Below the pieces are notes generated by a model. It was not told the origin of the DNA. It ran no database searches and saw nothing but the letters and a program-made list of their open reading frames with translations. Position numbers and translations under genes: made by a program. 64,000 nucleotides of DNA. Source: Amoeboaphelidium protococcarum X5 (taxonomy: Eukaryota > Fungi > Aphelidiomycota). Shown here in pieces: positions 13,795-27,407 of the stretch (position 1 is its first letter; each line of letters starts with the position of its first letter). Where the stretch lies: contig JALDTO010000237.1 in the NCBI GenBank assembly GCA_023515725.1, forward strand, positions 124,001 to 188,000, in the 5' to 3' direction.

Positions 13795-15987
13795 TCAATT
13801 TTATTTTGATTTAGTAGATTAAATAAGCGTCACCTGCGAACTAAGATTCACATGCTTTAACTTAGCCTTGTGCAGGTAATCCCATGAGAACTAACCACCA
13901 TTCAAACAAATCTTTTACAACGTCTCGACATTATATACAGCACTTAGTGTATGCACCGAGATTGTAGTATTCTAATGGTCATTAAAATCTGGCAATATAT
14001 TAAAAGTGCCGACAGCTGCACTTTAATCTTTCAACATCTGGACAGGATCTTTCTACATCTAATCAGTTAACATAAGGTCATCATCTACTATCCATAAATA
14101 CTCATAGTCGATATGAGTCTAGTTATCATCACTGAAATTAGGTACAATGAAAGAACATACATCCAAACTGGCTCTTTCAAAGATCAATTTAGAGTAAGAG
14201 ACATCTCTCAGTTTTGCCACATTAAAAGTATCAGTGCCTTCTAGAGAAGCAATCACAACATCATAATTAAACTTCATGTTGAAATAGATATCGAACCTTC
14301 GAAGCCAAGCCATAAGTTGGGTTTATCCCCGAGAGCTCCGTACAAACACAGCGGCTGGATATTTCACAAAATTATGCTCTCTAATGTGAAGATCATTCAA
14401 ATGACTGACATTCAACGGCGGAAATGGAGGCACAAAGGAATCCTGCTAAACGTCAGTCCTAAACTACTTCCAAACACTAACATGCCTGGCTGTCAATGAG
14501 CGAAACCATATTTTGACACGGTACTGAGTGTCAGCTTTCAAATCAGTCAGGTTATGACGCAACTATTTCTCAGATGAGCATATCTAATGAGAGGATTTAG
14601 ATATAACGCGCTCATCATCAATGTGAACACCATCAGCCAAATCGGACAATGGCGATGAAGACAATTACTCAATAGTCAAAATATACTTATGCTTACCAAA
14701 TGAGGGAGCAATCCAGCTGATGGTCGCAAATTACGCACCTATAGATTCCACAATCAATTGGAAATGCCCTCTGTATATGGAGCACTTCTTGGTACTCTGA
14801 GGCACAATTTCAAATCCGTGCTCAAGTGCACCAGCTTCAAGTGGTTCCGATGTAAACTCTTGATAGTACTGCCCACTTGGATACATAATGAACGGCCTAG
14901 TATTACCGAACCCAGCACTACATCGCGCAAAGGTCGAACTGAATGTAGTAATCAATTGCTTGCATTTACTGAGCAAGAACATGTCAGCGATGCCTTCCTA
15001 GATGCATTAAACGCCCGTTCTGCACACATTGTTCGGATCAGTAAGTTCAATGGTGCTATTATTACCAAAGTTGAAACGAGACATGTCAATAGGGAGATCA
15101 TTAGCCAACACCAGTGGCCGATTACTACCCACTAGACTTAGATTCCTCAAGTAAAGAGAAGCATCAGCGTATTATTAGTCAGTCGCAGCCGGTCTATCCC
15201 ATCGACGGCGTATCTACACTCCAACACCACATTCAATATTCTTCCTATCCATTATGGCTTAAACAGCGGCGCTGGGCTGGAATAACAAGTCTGATACACT
15301 CTTAAATACTGGATTACCAATCTATTGCATATAATCGGCATACAAGTCATTCTGAGTGATGGTATGCCCCCAATACAAGTAGTAATCAATTTTCAAGATA
15401 TCATACTTATCCAGAGTGGACAAGTCAAAGCAGTTATCAATGTAAACACCGTTATTCTTAAATAGATGAACACTGCTATATCTATTCAAATTGAATCCAA
15501 TTTCAGACTTTAGAAAGGGAAATGGCAATCTGGCGAATAGATCATAAAATGAGGCCTATGATATCTCCTCATGACCGAGAGACATTGTACTTCGATAGTC
15601 CCAATCCAGTATTAAAGCACGCTTGGTGACTAAAGCCAAAAGGAATCCGGAGACTACGCTCATTATTCGATTACAATTACCAGTGGCCGGATGAAAGTAT
15701 ATAAGCACAGCTCTGAAGCGTTTCTCTCCATTAAGGATTTTATACTGATTGTCCACAAAATCTCTATACCATTCTACACATGAAAATTTGAATACATGGA
15801 TGGTCAGCACACAAGTCAATTTATCAAAAGAGTATATAGCAATATTACCTAAATTATCAGTAGTGTAGCGAGATATTAGGTGCTTGGTGGAGGTCCAGAC
15901 TCTTTAATTAAATATGAGCAATCAGATGAATACCCAGACTAGAATGCATATCGAGATCTTGACAGCTGCCTTTCTATGTAATTACAT
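13795..15987 (-). CDS. Putative bifunctional glycosyltransferase: fucosyltransferase-like + FN3-like + KRE2/GT15-like; in-frame TGA in the N-terminal anchor
   Basis: ORFs 15556, 15322, 14731 and 14119 share one frame. GNCNRIMS..SGFLLAL.TKRALILDW, GVQIRR and DMFLLSKC..LITT.SSTF are FucT-like. LKADTQYRVKI is FN3-like. LRRFD..FN.KFNYDVV and YEYLWIVDDD are GT15-like. There is a TGA at 15922-15924. Confidence 0.65.
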
Positions 15988-16681
15988 CGCTATCCACGCA
16001 GACAACTAATTTAAGTCACCCTTATACGTAAAATAATAACGAACCTTTTAAATTCACAACCAGGGGAGGATAGAGATGCCGATGCTCAAGCCACTTACTC
16101 AGCGCTCTTTGGTCTGGCAGTTGGGCGGGCGGGCGACAGAATGACAATGATCGCGAAAATGATGATGAAAATGATGGATGATAATAATAAGGAGAGCAGT
16201 CAGAACGATCGTCTTTGATCGGCGCGGGTTGAATTTCAGAATGGAATTGTTTCACTCTGACAGTATTGTACACGGTTTTATAAAAGTGGACTATTCTCAA
16301 TGCTTAATGCTTTATGATAAGGAGGTACATCATGTAGTTGAAAACCATCTAAATTATAAAACAGTTTCTGAGTAAGCTTTTTCTTATTTTTATACTCGCC
16401 TTGTTCAAGGGTCGCATTCTTCTCTCTCTCTGCCTTTGATCATTGGGGATTCAGTCACGTATATTTAATTATACATCTTCTTGAATTCCGTTTACGTAAG
16501 TAAATTATGTTGAAGATGGTACTGAAGCAGCCGAACCGTCGGCTAAGGTTACCAAATTGAAGGACCTCGGAGAAAATTCATCAATCACTCTTTGACAGGT
16601 TGAGGATAAAATACAAGTTCTTATAGATCTGATATTTTATATTACTTATTTTTCTCTACAAATTAAACTGACATTAATGCA

Positions 16682-17536
16682 ATGATTTTCGAGGGTAAAT
16701 TTTATGAAACGTACCATGGTCATCCGTATTCTGATTTAATGATAATTGCTGAGAAGTTCTATGATAGACCAATCATATGGCTCGCCGGCGACTCATCCCT
16801 TGATAACAAATATTGGATTCTAGATGAGCCGCGCATGAAACCACTCAATGGATATGAAAAATTGTTATTTGATATGGTACCTGACGTTAGCTTTCAGTTG
16901 AATAAGGCGATTGTAGATCGTGAGGAAGGTGACAAGTGGGTGGCGATCAACACGGCAGTAGAGGCGACCACTTTGAATCAGCGCAAGCATGAATTATTAC
17001 CCAGTGACAAGGTCATTTCATCGTTCATGAAGGATGGCGACGTGTTAATCGTGAGCATTGGTGGTAATGATGTCGCTCTGTATCCGACACCATCTACCAT
17101 CTGGTCAATTTTGAGAAGTATCCGCTACGAGCCAGCAGATATATTGAGTGGGAAAGCGCCGCTGCAGCACTTGGTGAATTTGCTTGGCGTTCGCGTGTAG
17201 GATTACATTAAACGCGTCATTGGTAACAAGAAACCGCGTAAAGTCATTGTAAACATGATATATTATCCTTGTGAGGTGGAGGGCAAGTCCTGGGCTAATA
17301 TTCCGCTGTGGCTGTTGAAGTATGACAGTGAGCCTCAAAGATTACAGGCTATCATTTAGTATCTGTTCAATGAAGCGACACAAAAGATTAACATAGATGG
17401 TATTGAAGTTGTTGCGTTCCCATTGTTTAGTGTTTTGGATGGTAAAAGCGCTCAAGATTATGTTCAACGCGTAGAACCATCTATAGAAGGAGGTGCTAAA
17501 ATGGCGAATGCCTTTTTGGATATCATTTTGAATTGA
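16682..17536 (+). CDS. SGNH/GDSL-like hydrolase family protein
   Basis: LAGDSSLDN, VSIGGND and a C-terminal EPS..GG..MA. The ORF reads through TAG 17198-17200 to TGA 17534-17536. Confidence 0.75.
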
Positions 17537-17754
17537 TTGATTTTGAATCCTTTTTTGTATTAATAAAGTTTTAATATAATACAAAATGAGAATTAACTCA
17601 TCTAGCTAGTTGCTTTTAATTCCTCTGAAGGGGGGCTATCGACGATGATGTGCGATATAGATTTAAAACGCCGCTCCCTATTCAGGGTCCCTTATCATAA
17701 AGTTTTAACTTTTTTCAGGCCCTCAGGCCCATTGCAGCAGATCGTCATAACTAA

Positions 17755-18957
17755 ATGGTGAACACTGTTAGATAGTTGAAGGCTGCATTCTTTGTGTATT
17801 TGCTCAGCTGGTTGCAATTAGAGGCTCAGATTTACGGTGCCACGTGGAGTGCTCGAGATGAATAATGGCTCAAGCGTATCAATGCATTTCAAGGCGTCAG
17901 GAGCTAGTATGAAGCTGCTACTGATCCGTTCATGACTTCAAATGATTTCTATACCAAGGTTTACAGAGCAGAAACTGTGTTATCTGATTTCGTCTTTCCG
18001 TAGCCGTCGTAGAATGATGTCAAAATTCTATATCGTAAGGTGCGTAAGTAAAGCCCTGAGGAGACTTTTGATACGCTGTCTCGTATCATATCTTAGTTCC
18101 AACAGAGTGGTTATATGTCGTAGCATGTCGCGGATGAGTTCATGTCTAATTTCGAATCCAAGTCAATGGCTGAATATTATGACAATTTGATGGAATTCAT
18201 GCAAAGAAATGCTGAACCAGAGTTGTATCGTGCAATGAGGCATCATCGAGATCTGATGTATGACTCGTGGTAGTACGAGCAAGCTCCTCAGAGCGCGTCA
18301 AGAAGCGTATCCACCATATTAGTTAAAAGGCAAATCTAAATTCCTAACAAGGTGGGTATGGTCCCTATAAAAGGTTTGCTCATTTTTGGTGCAGTATTCT
18401 TCACTGTGTTATATCTTATCCTCCTAACAATCAGCTGGAGTGCTGTTGCAGCTGGACGCCAACGCGGCGCTTGTCCGAAATTAACACTGGCCGTATCAAG
18501 ACTTTTGTCACCAGCCATGTTGGTATTCCTCGGCCTGCTGATGTATCAGTTCTTTTCTGGCGTGTAGTTCAGCACCATGTTGTTCGCCGGTCTGGCAGCG
18601 GGCTTCTTTGCAGGCGTAAACGTAATTATGGAGGCTCCAATGTTGATCAGCTCAATATACCGCTGTTGCACCTCAGGTGAAAATGACGATCAACAAGAAA
18701 CAACAGCATTGCCTATTGTGTAACCACTGCCTGTTGCTTAATACATCAGTCCAGTGTAAAATGTGTAGCCAGTGAATAATGTCTTGGCTGTACCTGCAAA
18801 TTAACTTCCACAAGTTCAAAGATACCATGGTGCTATCTCCCGTGTACCTGACGATTTCTCACTGACGCCATGGTCTCGTCAGAACTCTCACAGATACCCG
18901 TCGCCTGTAGATCCTAATAATCCATTTCGTTCCCCTAACTAGCATGTGGCTCACTGA
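17755..18957 (+). CDS. Hypothetical membrane protein with Pro/Gln-rich tail
   Basis: About 400 codons open with TAR=Gln. Hydrophobic segments GLLIFGAVFFTVLYLILLTISW and AMLVFLGLLMYQFF. Confidence 0.6.
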
Positions 18958-19105
18958 GCAAAACTAAGTTCCACTCTGATACTTGATAGTTGACAACAGA
19001 TTTAAATAGATTTTGATAAAACTATATTCTCGCAACATTTCTATGCATGCACGTCATTTGCTTCCAGTAAATTTTCAGAGTATTTTTCGTTCTTTCACTG
19101 CAAAG

Positions 19106-19487
19106 ATGCTTTTAATTAACAGGCGATTATACGCGCGTTCAACCACACAGATAAGAAGAGCAATGTCGAACGCTGTATCCTCTCTAGAGTCCTCAATGAA
19201 ATCAAAGATTCAATAAAACATCTCGCCTCTTAATCATCTTGAAATCCATGATGTCTCTGGTGGATGTGGTAAGTCTTGTTACTCCCCAGGATAAAAGAAC
19301 GGTATTAACTTTTAGTTGTGTAGGCACATCTTTTGAAATACTCATTGTGTCTCCAAGTTTTGAAGGGAAGAATACTCTGGCGCGTCATAGACTGATTAAT
19401 AGCCTGCTGGACACTGACATTAAACAGATGCATGCATTTAGTCAGCGATGCTACACTCCATCACAGTACGAGGCGTTGAAAAATTGA
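19106..19487 (+). CDS. BOLA2: BolA-family protein (Bol2/Fra2-like), intron 19269-19323; alternative start 19163
   Basis: Splicing the 55-nt GTAAGT..TAG intron gives [33 protein letters not shown]...[10 protein letters not shown]. Confidence 0.85.
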
Positions 19488-19709
19488 TTAAGACCTTGTG
19501 ATTCGTTGATTGAGATGCCTTTAAGCCAACACTTTGCTTTATTAACACTGGCCGTTGTTGACCGAGTATTATCATCAAACAAACAACCAAATAAACTCTT
19601 TAAATTTCTCATCATCTTCTTCTTTATCAGTTTATCGTTTAATTATCTTTGGTTCTAGCTTATCTCAATTGAAATTTGAAATTTACTTATCGTTCAACTT
19701 TCATACTTG

Positions 19710-22700
19710 ATGTTGCTTAGTAGTTTGAAGTAAAAGTTATCTGGAACTGATGCCCAATAGAACAGTAGTGATACTGGCATTAAGAAGGGATTCATATTTA
19801 AGAGGGGAAGTTCCTGTCTCAGCAGATGGAAGCCAAAGTATGTTCGACTGAACACTCAGAATATTGCCCTGTTTGAAGCGTATAGCGATAAAGAGCCCAA
19901 GTATCTGATACCATTGTCACAGATTGCCATGGTCCGCAGCGAGCAGTTTAATGATGGATCTTTGGGTAGCTAGATGACAAAGCTATCTCTCCTCTCCACC
20001 AGCACCATGTTTCCCTTTATCATAGTAACCAAGAGCAAGCGCAAGTTTTACCTGGCCACTTCATCGCAGAAGGATTGTAGCGAGTGGATTAGCACCATAA
20101 AGTTGCTCAGAGATGGTCATAGTAAGTAGATGGGTGCATCAAGATTTGATTAGCATTTGAATGATTCTGCATCTCAAGGTGACTATTACGATGATGCTTC
20201 TTATATTGCCGATTCTGATGTGGAAAGCGTTTATAGCCATTATACTACCAAGAGCAGACCAAGATCATCGAGAAGTGTCGCTAGCAGTCGGAGGTCATCA
20301 GCCAAATCTGCTCATAACGACAATGAGCTGTCTGAAGGTGATTGTTTGATAAGTGACAATTTTATAAGCAGTTTGCGACCATCTGTTGTAGTTAAAGCTA
20401 TCAATGGACTTTATGCTAAGCCTATATTTAGTAGTGAAGATATATCTTACTTGTTACAGCGATCTCCATGCCAGTCAGCGTCAAGAATGCCTACTCAGAT
20501 CTATCCATTGACCAATTATGATGATATATATCAGAACATTGTAAGAAATGTCAACATTGCCCAGTAGTATCAGGTTGTATCCAAGTTTGGGGAGGCTTGC
20601 ACATATTTCTGTAAGAGAATTATTGATAAGCTGCATCTGCGCCGTGATAGTGCTGATGGCCAGCAGGGATAGTCTGATACTTTCAAGTATGGCGATTTGC
20701 TCTTTAATTTTGCTGCAATTTACGACGGTGCCCTGGAGGAGTAGTAGCAAGAAATTGTCTAGAAAATGGAAAAGACTGTATCTAATGAGTTGTTGGCAGT
20801 TAACAAAATCAACTCTTTGCACTCTGACACAGGTGTATGTAAGGCTCTTCTTGGCATAATTGATTATCTCGGTTTCAAGGTGGTGTGTTATCCAGTGATG
20901 CCCTTGTCTGCGAAAAGTATTGTCAGAGATGGAAGTATTGATCATGTGATGGATCCTCTGTGTAAAGCTTTAAATGTCACTGATGCGCCGGTTGAACTTC
21001 ATAAAGTTGTTGAGAAGTAGAGAATATACGGCTTGAATTGGTGCAATATTTTGCCCATTGACCATACTGATAATAATGTGGTGGCCAAGAAGTATAATAA
21101 GCTGAGACCAGAGTTTGTCTAAATGTATGATAAGCAGCTTCCATGCAAAAGTGATAATGAAGAGTCGTTGGCTGCACTGAAAGAGGCTCATTCTAATCTC
21201 GTCAGCGTTGTAATTCCCAAGTTTGCGTAATATCTTGATTAAATGGAAATCATGCCTATCGATAGCCGTGGTTTAAGTGCAGAACTGCATAAGAGCGGAA
21301 TTAATATTCGCTATATCGGAGTGTTATATGGAAGCGCAAAGTTGCCGTATGTTCGCCATCTTTTGGGTATAGAGATGATTTCTAGAGTGTTTAAATTGTT
21401 TTACAGAGAACGTATACGTCAATCCGTGTATCATTATCGCGATATCGGCGCCGTTGATGTTCATCAAGATTTGATACGTGTTACTATTGAAATGCTTAAT
21501 GAACTACTGAATGTTAAAGGAGCCAAGTCCTCATAGTTGTGGAGTCAGATTGCTCGCGGAATATAGCAGAAATTTAATGTCAATAGTATTTTCAAGTTGG
21601 ACGAAATATATTTGCCTCATCTTTTGGATACAGTCGTAGATCAATGTGGTATTGTATTAAAGCCTGTGAATTACATGAGTAAGGATGGCGTGACTATGAG
21701 ACTATTGGCTTCTGATGATTTCATTGAGTTTGAAGTGAAATTCAAGCATAGTTAGATAAACGTGGCGAATGAAGGTCTAAATGACTTTGACAGAGCTTTA
21801 TTATCTTTGGAGTAACATATTCAGGCACAACCTCAATTCAAGAAATTAGATGTCAGCCAGACTAGTGCAATAAGGTTGCTCAATGTGGCTAAGCAATTGC
21901 AGGCAATGAAGATGTTTGATGATGCTCTAATGTGCGCAACCTCTGCTCTTCAGATGGCTCCATTCTAATCTGTTTTGTATGTAATGATAAAAATTGCTCT
22001 AATAGAGTTGCAAGTAGTTAAAAGTTGCATTCGGTTGGATAAGAGTGGAAAGAAGCAGATGAGTCAGTACTTGTCCTAGTAGTATTAGGAGTGCAGATTA
22101 TGTTTACTCTATCACTTGTCCAAAAATCATCCAGTTACGATTACTCTTCTCGATAAGATGGTTTACTGGAATTCTTTATTGTCTCTGAATGGTGTGGCCT
22201 ATGAGTACTTGCTGCAAAGTCTGGAAATAGCAAAGAGATTACTTGGATACTCTCATCGCGTCGTGGCTGCGTATAACACAAAGTTGGGCTATATGCTCCT
22301 GTAAATGTAAAGACCTGCAGACGCTTTGAAAAGATTTGAGGAAGCGCTGTAGTATTTGAAGGGTCAACCACCCTCGTCCTAGAATCGGGAAGCCATGGCA
22401 GAGAATATGTACTCTATGGCTGAGGCTCACTTTGATATTGGTGATTATGAAGAGGCACTCAAGTAAAGTCATTAGAGCAAGTAGTTGAGAGAGGCTTTGT
22501 TTGGCCTTGCGAATAGCAAGACTGCAGACTCTTAGTAGCAGTGTGCTAAGATTTTGGCTAATCAGTATGCCAATTATGATGGAATAGTGACTGAAAAGAT
22601 GCAGAAAGACATGCAGTTGGCCATAAGCTTGTACGAGAAGGTGTTCAAGTTCATAAAGACTTCCGCTGATCGACAATCGAAAGATGCCATGCTGCTGACA

Positions 22701-22973
22701 CTGACCAAGACTTTGGTTGGCTTGAAGATTAGATTGATCCCTTCTCGCCATTCCCAACTGCTGGAGGGAATCAGAGAAAAGTCTAGCGAAGACGTAATAT
22801 AAGATTCCCTGTTGAAAGAGGTGGTGATCAAATTGATTCATCTATCACCAACAATCTACTTGGAATAACTGTTCCAGAAATTGGATCAGCCTGAAGATAG
22901 AGATGATGCGATAGAAGAATTGACTGCCGTACTGCAAGTAGTTGAAAAGCAGGATATTAACACTACTGCTTGA
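19710..22973 (+). CDS. PH domain + CLU-like + TPR protein (about 1087 aa)
   Basis: PH-like KKGFIFKRG...WKPKYVRL...EWISTIK, CLU-central-like ELHKSGINIRYIG..EMISRVFK, and TPR-like HPVTITLL / LEIAKRLLGYSH..VA. ORFs 20157, 20766, 21243, 22116 and 22554 are all in one frame. Confidence 0.75.
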
Positions 22974-23190
22974 GTATACTGATGATATTGATGATGATTT
23001 TTGAATGTGATTTATGATAGTGCCTTTTTCTATGAACTTAGGTACCGCAAATGTACCTTATGTGACTTAGTATGAGCGGGCGAATGAGTGAATCTGTGTG
23101 GCGTCAACCTTAGCGATTTCTTTACGCGTCTTTACTGTTCGTCGCACTGAAAACTCATCACCGTTATTAATTCTCTCACCTTAACTGTCA

Positions 23191-23724
23191 ATGGTATTTT
23201 CTACTCTAAGAACATCCATATCGAAAATAATGGCTAACCCAAAAGTATTTTTTGAAGTCACCGCTAACAATGAGCCTCTGGGCAAGATTGTGATGGAACT
23301 GCGCGCTGATGTCGTTCCAAAGACTGCCGAGAACTTTCGTGCTCTGTGTACTGGTGAGAAGGGATTCGGTTATAAGGGATGCACATTCCACAGAGTCATC
23401 CCAGAGTTCATGATCCAGGGTGGTGACTTTACCAACCACAACGGAACCGGTGGAAAGTCCATCTATGGCGCCAAATTCCAGGATGAAAACTTTTAGCTGA
23501 AGCACACTGCTCCTGGTGTCTTGTCCATGGCTAATGCAGGTCCTAACACTAATGGAAGTCAATTCTTCTTATGTACTGTCCCATGTCCTTGGCTGGATGG
23601 TAAGCACGTCGTTTTCGGTCAAGTGACTGAAGGTATGAACGTGGTCAAGGCTATCGAGAAGCTTGGATCTCAGTCCGGTAAGACTGCCAAGAAGATTGTC
23701 ATCTCCAACTGTGGTCAGCTGTGA
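23191..23724 (+). CDS. CPR1: Cyclophilin peptidyl-prolyl isomerase (second in-frame ATG at 23230; the N-terminal extension may be a targeting peptide)
   Basis: Canonical [19 protein letters not shown][TAG]LKH and [15 protein letters not shown] motifs. A single TAG splits the two listed ORFs. Confidence 0.96.
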
Positions 23725-23956
23725 GTTACCAGCGTCTGATATACGCGTGATATTATAATCGATAATGAGGAAATATAAGAATCGCTTTATTTAGCTCTTT
23801 TTGTTTTCCTTCTTTTATTATCTCAGAGTTGCTTTGAAGTCTGGTTTATTTTTCGATCCTGAACGTTCTGCTCTTTTTAGCTATAAAATCATCTGATTAA
23901 TTTTTACTAGAGTTGTTATTATATTGACATTATATCGCTGTAGTAGGAAGAGAAAT

Positions 23957-24571
23957 ATGCAGCCTACAGGTCGACGAACATCGAAGCGATTGCACTCCAC
24001 AGAGCCTAATTTATAATAGTAGTAGAACTAAGACTCTTAGCGATAACCGTCTGATAATAATAAAGAAATGAAAGACAATGGCGTTGATCGATATTTAGAA
24101 GGTGACTATTAAATGAATGCTGGTGAAAATGAAATGGATTTGCTGCATGAGGGTACGTTGGAGGAGCATGATTTGGACGAAGATTAATAACAATCACACG
24201 CTGCATTGAACGCTGATACCGAGCGAGACTTGTCAATCTTGGAGCTTTTAGAAAAGATGAAGTAGTAGAATTTTGAGCCCATCGTGCCCGATTCAGCACT
24301 CAGATTCTACTTGGAGAAGGGTGGATTGGACTGTCCTGATAAAGATGTGCGAAACTTGATTGGTCTGATGGGGCAGAAGTTTATCCACGACATTGTGAGT
24401 GATGCGTACCAGTTTCATTAGATAAACGCGCAGTCTCAGCAAGCTTCATCATCTTCGGGAGCCGCCGCCGCGTACAGAAAGAGCCGGAAAAGTGTTCTCA
24501 CAATGGAGGATTTGTCTTTTGCTCTCGCGCAGATTGGCGTTGACATTTCCAAGCCTGAATATCATGTCTGA
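23957..24571 (+). CDS. TAF10: TFIID/SAGA subunit TAF10
   Basis: PIVPDSALRFYLEKGG..CPD..V..LIGLMGQKFIHDIVSDAYQF...VLTMEDLSFALAQIGVDISKPEYHV*. Confidence 0.92.
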
Positions 24572-25478
24572 GCATGGAGGTGATGCTGCATTGAGATTGT
24601 CTGAAAATGCGCAATCTCCTCTGTGGAATAATCTGCTATGGAATATTATTGTACCAATAAAATTTACTTTTTAGCATGTTGAATTTTTCGTAAGTTTAAT
24701 TTTAGTTATGTTTTGGTATGTTATGTAAGTATGTTTTTGGATGTAGATGAATGTCAAGTATGGAACTTGTTTAAAGTGGATTGTTAATCAAGTGCGGAAA
24801 TAGTTGTATGACTACAAAGTTGATATCGCTGACTAGAGGATTGTATTTTCTGACGCGTCTTAGAATGATGGTGGTGGTAATAAGTTGCCTTTACATGTTC
24901 CCATCTGTGTATTGCGTGACCGGTTAACGACGAAGTCAGATGCACAATCCGCTCAAGCATTGTGGCATATTGACATTGAACTATCATATGAAAAGTTGGA
25001 AATTGATCAATGGACAGAGTCTGAGGTGTTTTATTCGTTATTAAAGCAATCTGCATTGATTGCCACGGGAAATGTTCATAAATGGTCAAAAATGTCAACA
25101 GCTCATCATTCTTAACTGTGGGAAGCTGTACAGTTGGAGGATCTTTAAAAATATCAGACGGCTTTCAGAGAGATTATAGACTTGTGCAGTTTGGATTTTG
25201 AGTAACCACTGTCTGAATGCAATAAATAATTGAAACATATCCCAGTGCGAATATACACCTCAGGTTCAGATGATGTCATTATGTTATTGTTGCCAGTTGT
25301 ACAAGATTCTGCACTTGTAACAGTGTAGGAAATATTGGAGTCTCGATTGTTTGATCGCGTTGACGATAAGTCTTTGTGTGTATGTGCCGGTGTGAGTGTG
25401 CCGAGTTAGTCCACTTTGTTATGGCTCTATGTTCATCTTCATTGTCCTGATGGATTTTTATATTTGGTGTTTTAATGA
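24564..25478 (+). CDS. ATG5: Autophagy protein ATG5, probable intron 24690-24746
   Basis: LLWNIIVPIKF, HVPICVLRD, LKQSALIATG, QLWEAV, HIPVRIY and C-terminal WLYVHLHCPDGFLYLV. The 57-nt GTAAGT..TAG intron is in frame. Confidence 0.85.
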
Positions 25479-26298
25479 ACTTTATGGCTCTCTTAAGATT
25501 TTAGTTTGAATTTGAGTTTATTATTTCGCCATATCAGCGTCTCGAATGTTGTTCATGTTGACACAAGCGTCGATCAAACATCAACAGAAGATATGAAGAC
25601 TGAGAATCGATTCGTTAAAGAAGAAGATATTACATCCCAATTGCTCATTACCCAGACAATAGGGCTTAATATGGCAAGCACTCCTCGTGTCGTGACACTA
25701 AAGTAGGGGGAACTACTATTTATGCGACCCCTTTTAGGAAGAGGACGTTATATATCTGACCAAAAATTATGAACGGCGTTGTAAATTTGAGCGATCACAA
25801 ACCATGTATGAAATCATCATATAAAGAGATTGATATACTCTTCTTCTCCAATTTAACAATAGATATCTTATTTGTAACTCTTCATATTCGCTATTACAAA
25901 TAACATTTATGACTCAAATGACCGTTACTTCGATCTCGTAATTCTTGACTCAGCTCTTCTAACATTGTTAATTACTTGAGATTCATGCCTTCAATCACCT
26001 TCCGCTACCCTTGGGACTATGTAATCGAATTTGGTTTCGCATTGTTTCAAAAATTTCTAAACGCCCTTGAATGTTAAGTGACTCGATCGGAGAGAATATA
26101 CGAGTAGACTGGGAGGACGATTTACGGGGGATATATTCTGATAATGTTGGCTGTTTGAACACGGAAGCAGTGAATTCCATCTTGAGATTTATAGAATGTT
26201 ATCATCATTTGCAGTCACATTCGCGCTTTAATGGAATTACCGCTATGGAGGGCGTGTTAGAAGTCAACTGCAAAAATAGTTAGTAGAAAAGCTGATCA

Positions 26299-27012
26299 TC
26301 AATCAATTTTATTAGTGTCAAATAACTTTTCATAGGAGATTTTCAACAGCCTCTGATTGTCCATATTGGCGTCATGGTGACTCATGTCTCCCAACGCCTT
26401 TAGATACTGTGGCAGAAGAAATGAGGCCACCGGAATCCAGCCGACCATCAAAGTAATTAAGGAGACGTTGCCATTATTGGCTGCAATTATAATGGCGACC
26501 AAATAGAAGACAATGGCAGAACTAACGAGTATTTTCAAACATTTGATCTACGCAAAATAACATAACACTTGTCACAAAAATAGAGCATTAAAGCTTACGG
26601 TGAAAGAGGCAAGGTTATAATCCGCTGTTGACTTTGCCACAGAAAGACGCGAGTCTCTTATCTTGCCTTTGATCTCTTTAAAATCTCCAGCTAATTTTTC
26701 CATATCATCACGTAAGCGCTAATTCTGTTCCTTTAATTGCAGATTTTCTTACTTGATTTAAGCATTTTCACGCTTAATCTACTCATTTTCGGCTTTCACT
26801 GACTCAACTTCCTTCCGCAGCTTAAGATTATCTTAACGCAGATGTTCATTGTCATTCAACAGCTTATCAATCTGTTACTTCTGCTAATCAATCTGTTACT
26901 TCTGCTAATCAATCTGTTACTTCTGCGCAACAACATCCTCTCGCAACTATTTCAAATCATCCAGTTACTTCTAGATATTATCCATCCAACTTGCAGTAGG
27001 CTAAAAAGTCAT
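26299..27012 (-). CDS. Hypothetical coiled-coil protein with C-terminal hydrophobic segments; one intron at about 26550-26598
   Basis: Heptad-rich translation including a 21-nt tandem repeat x3 (QKQQIDQ). A GTAAGC..TAG intron joins it to ORF 26299..26538. Confidence 0.6.
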
Positions 27013-27407
27013 ACTTAGGTAAAAATTTTCACCAGGGGCAGGCAACAAAAGGTGTTGAATAGGGAAAAGGGAGCACAGTAATGCGGTATTTAAAGAAGTA
27101 GAATCTCTGAAACAGCTCTGATTGGAATGATTAATTCCCGATTAGGAAACTTCGCGGCAATATCACGCCTCGTGTGGCGGACCATCCAAAGTCATTGGAT
27201 TCACTCAATTAGGATAAAGACATTGTTGAGATTTGATGATCTTGGCGCAGTAACTTGGCAAAAACACGCATGTCACAGGCATGATCTGAATGAAGGATTG
27301 CTGTACGACTGCGAAGTAATGAGTCCAACAGCTTCTTACTTCTTTCACTTAAATACACTAATTGTCGCAAGACTATATATCTTTTATTCATATCTTTGAG
27401 TTCTCAC

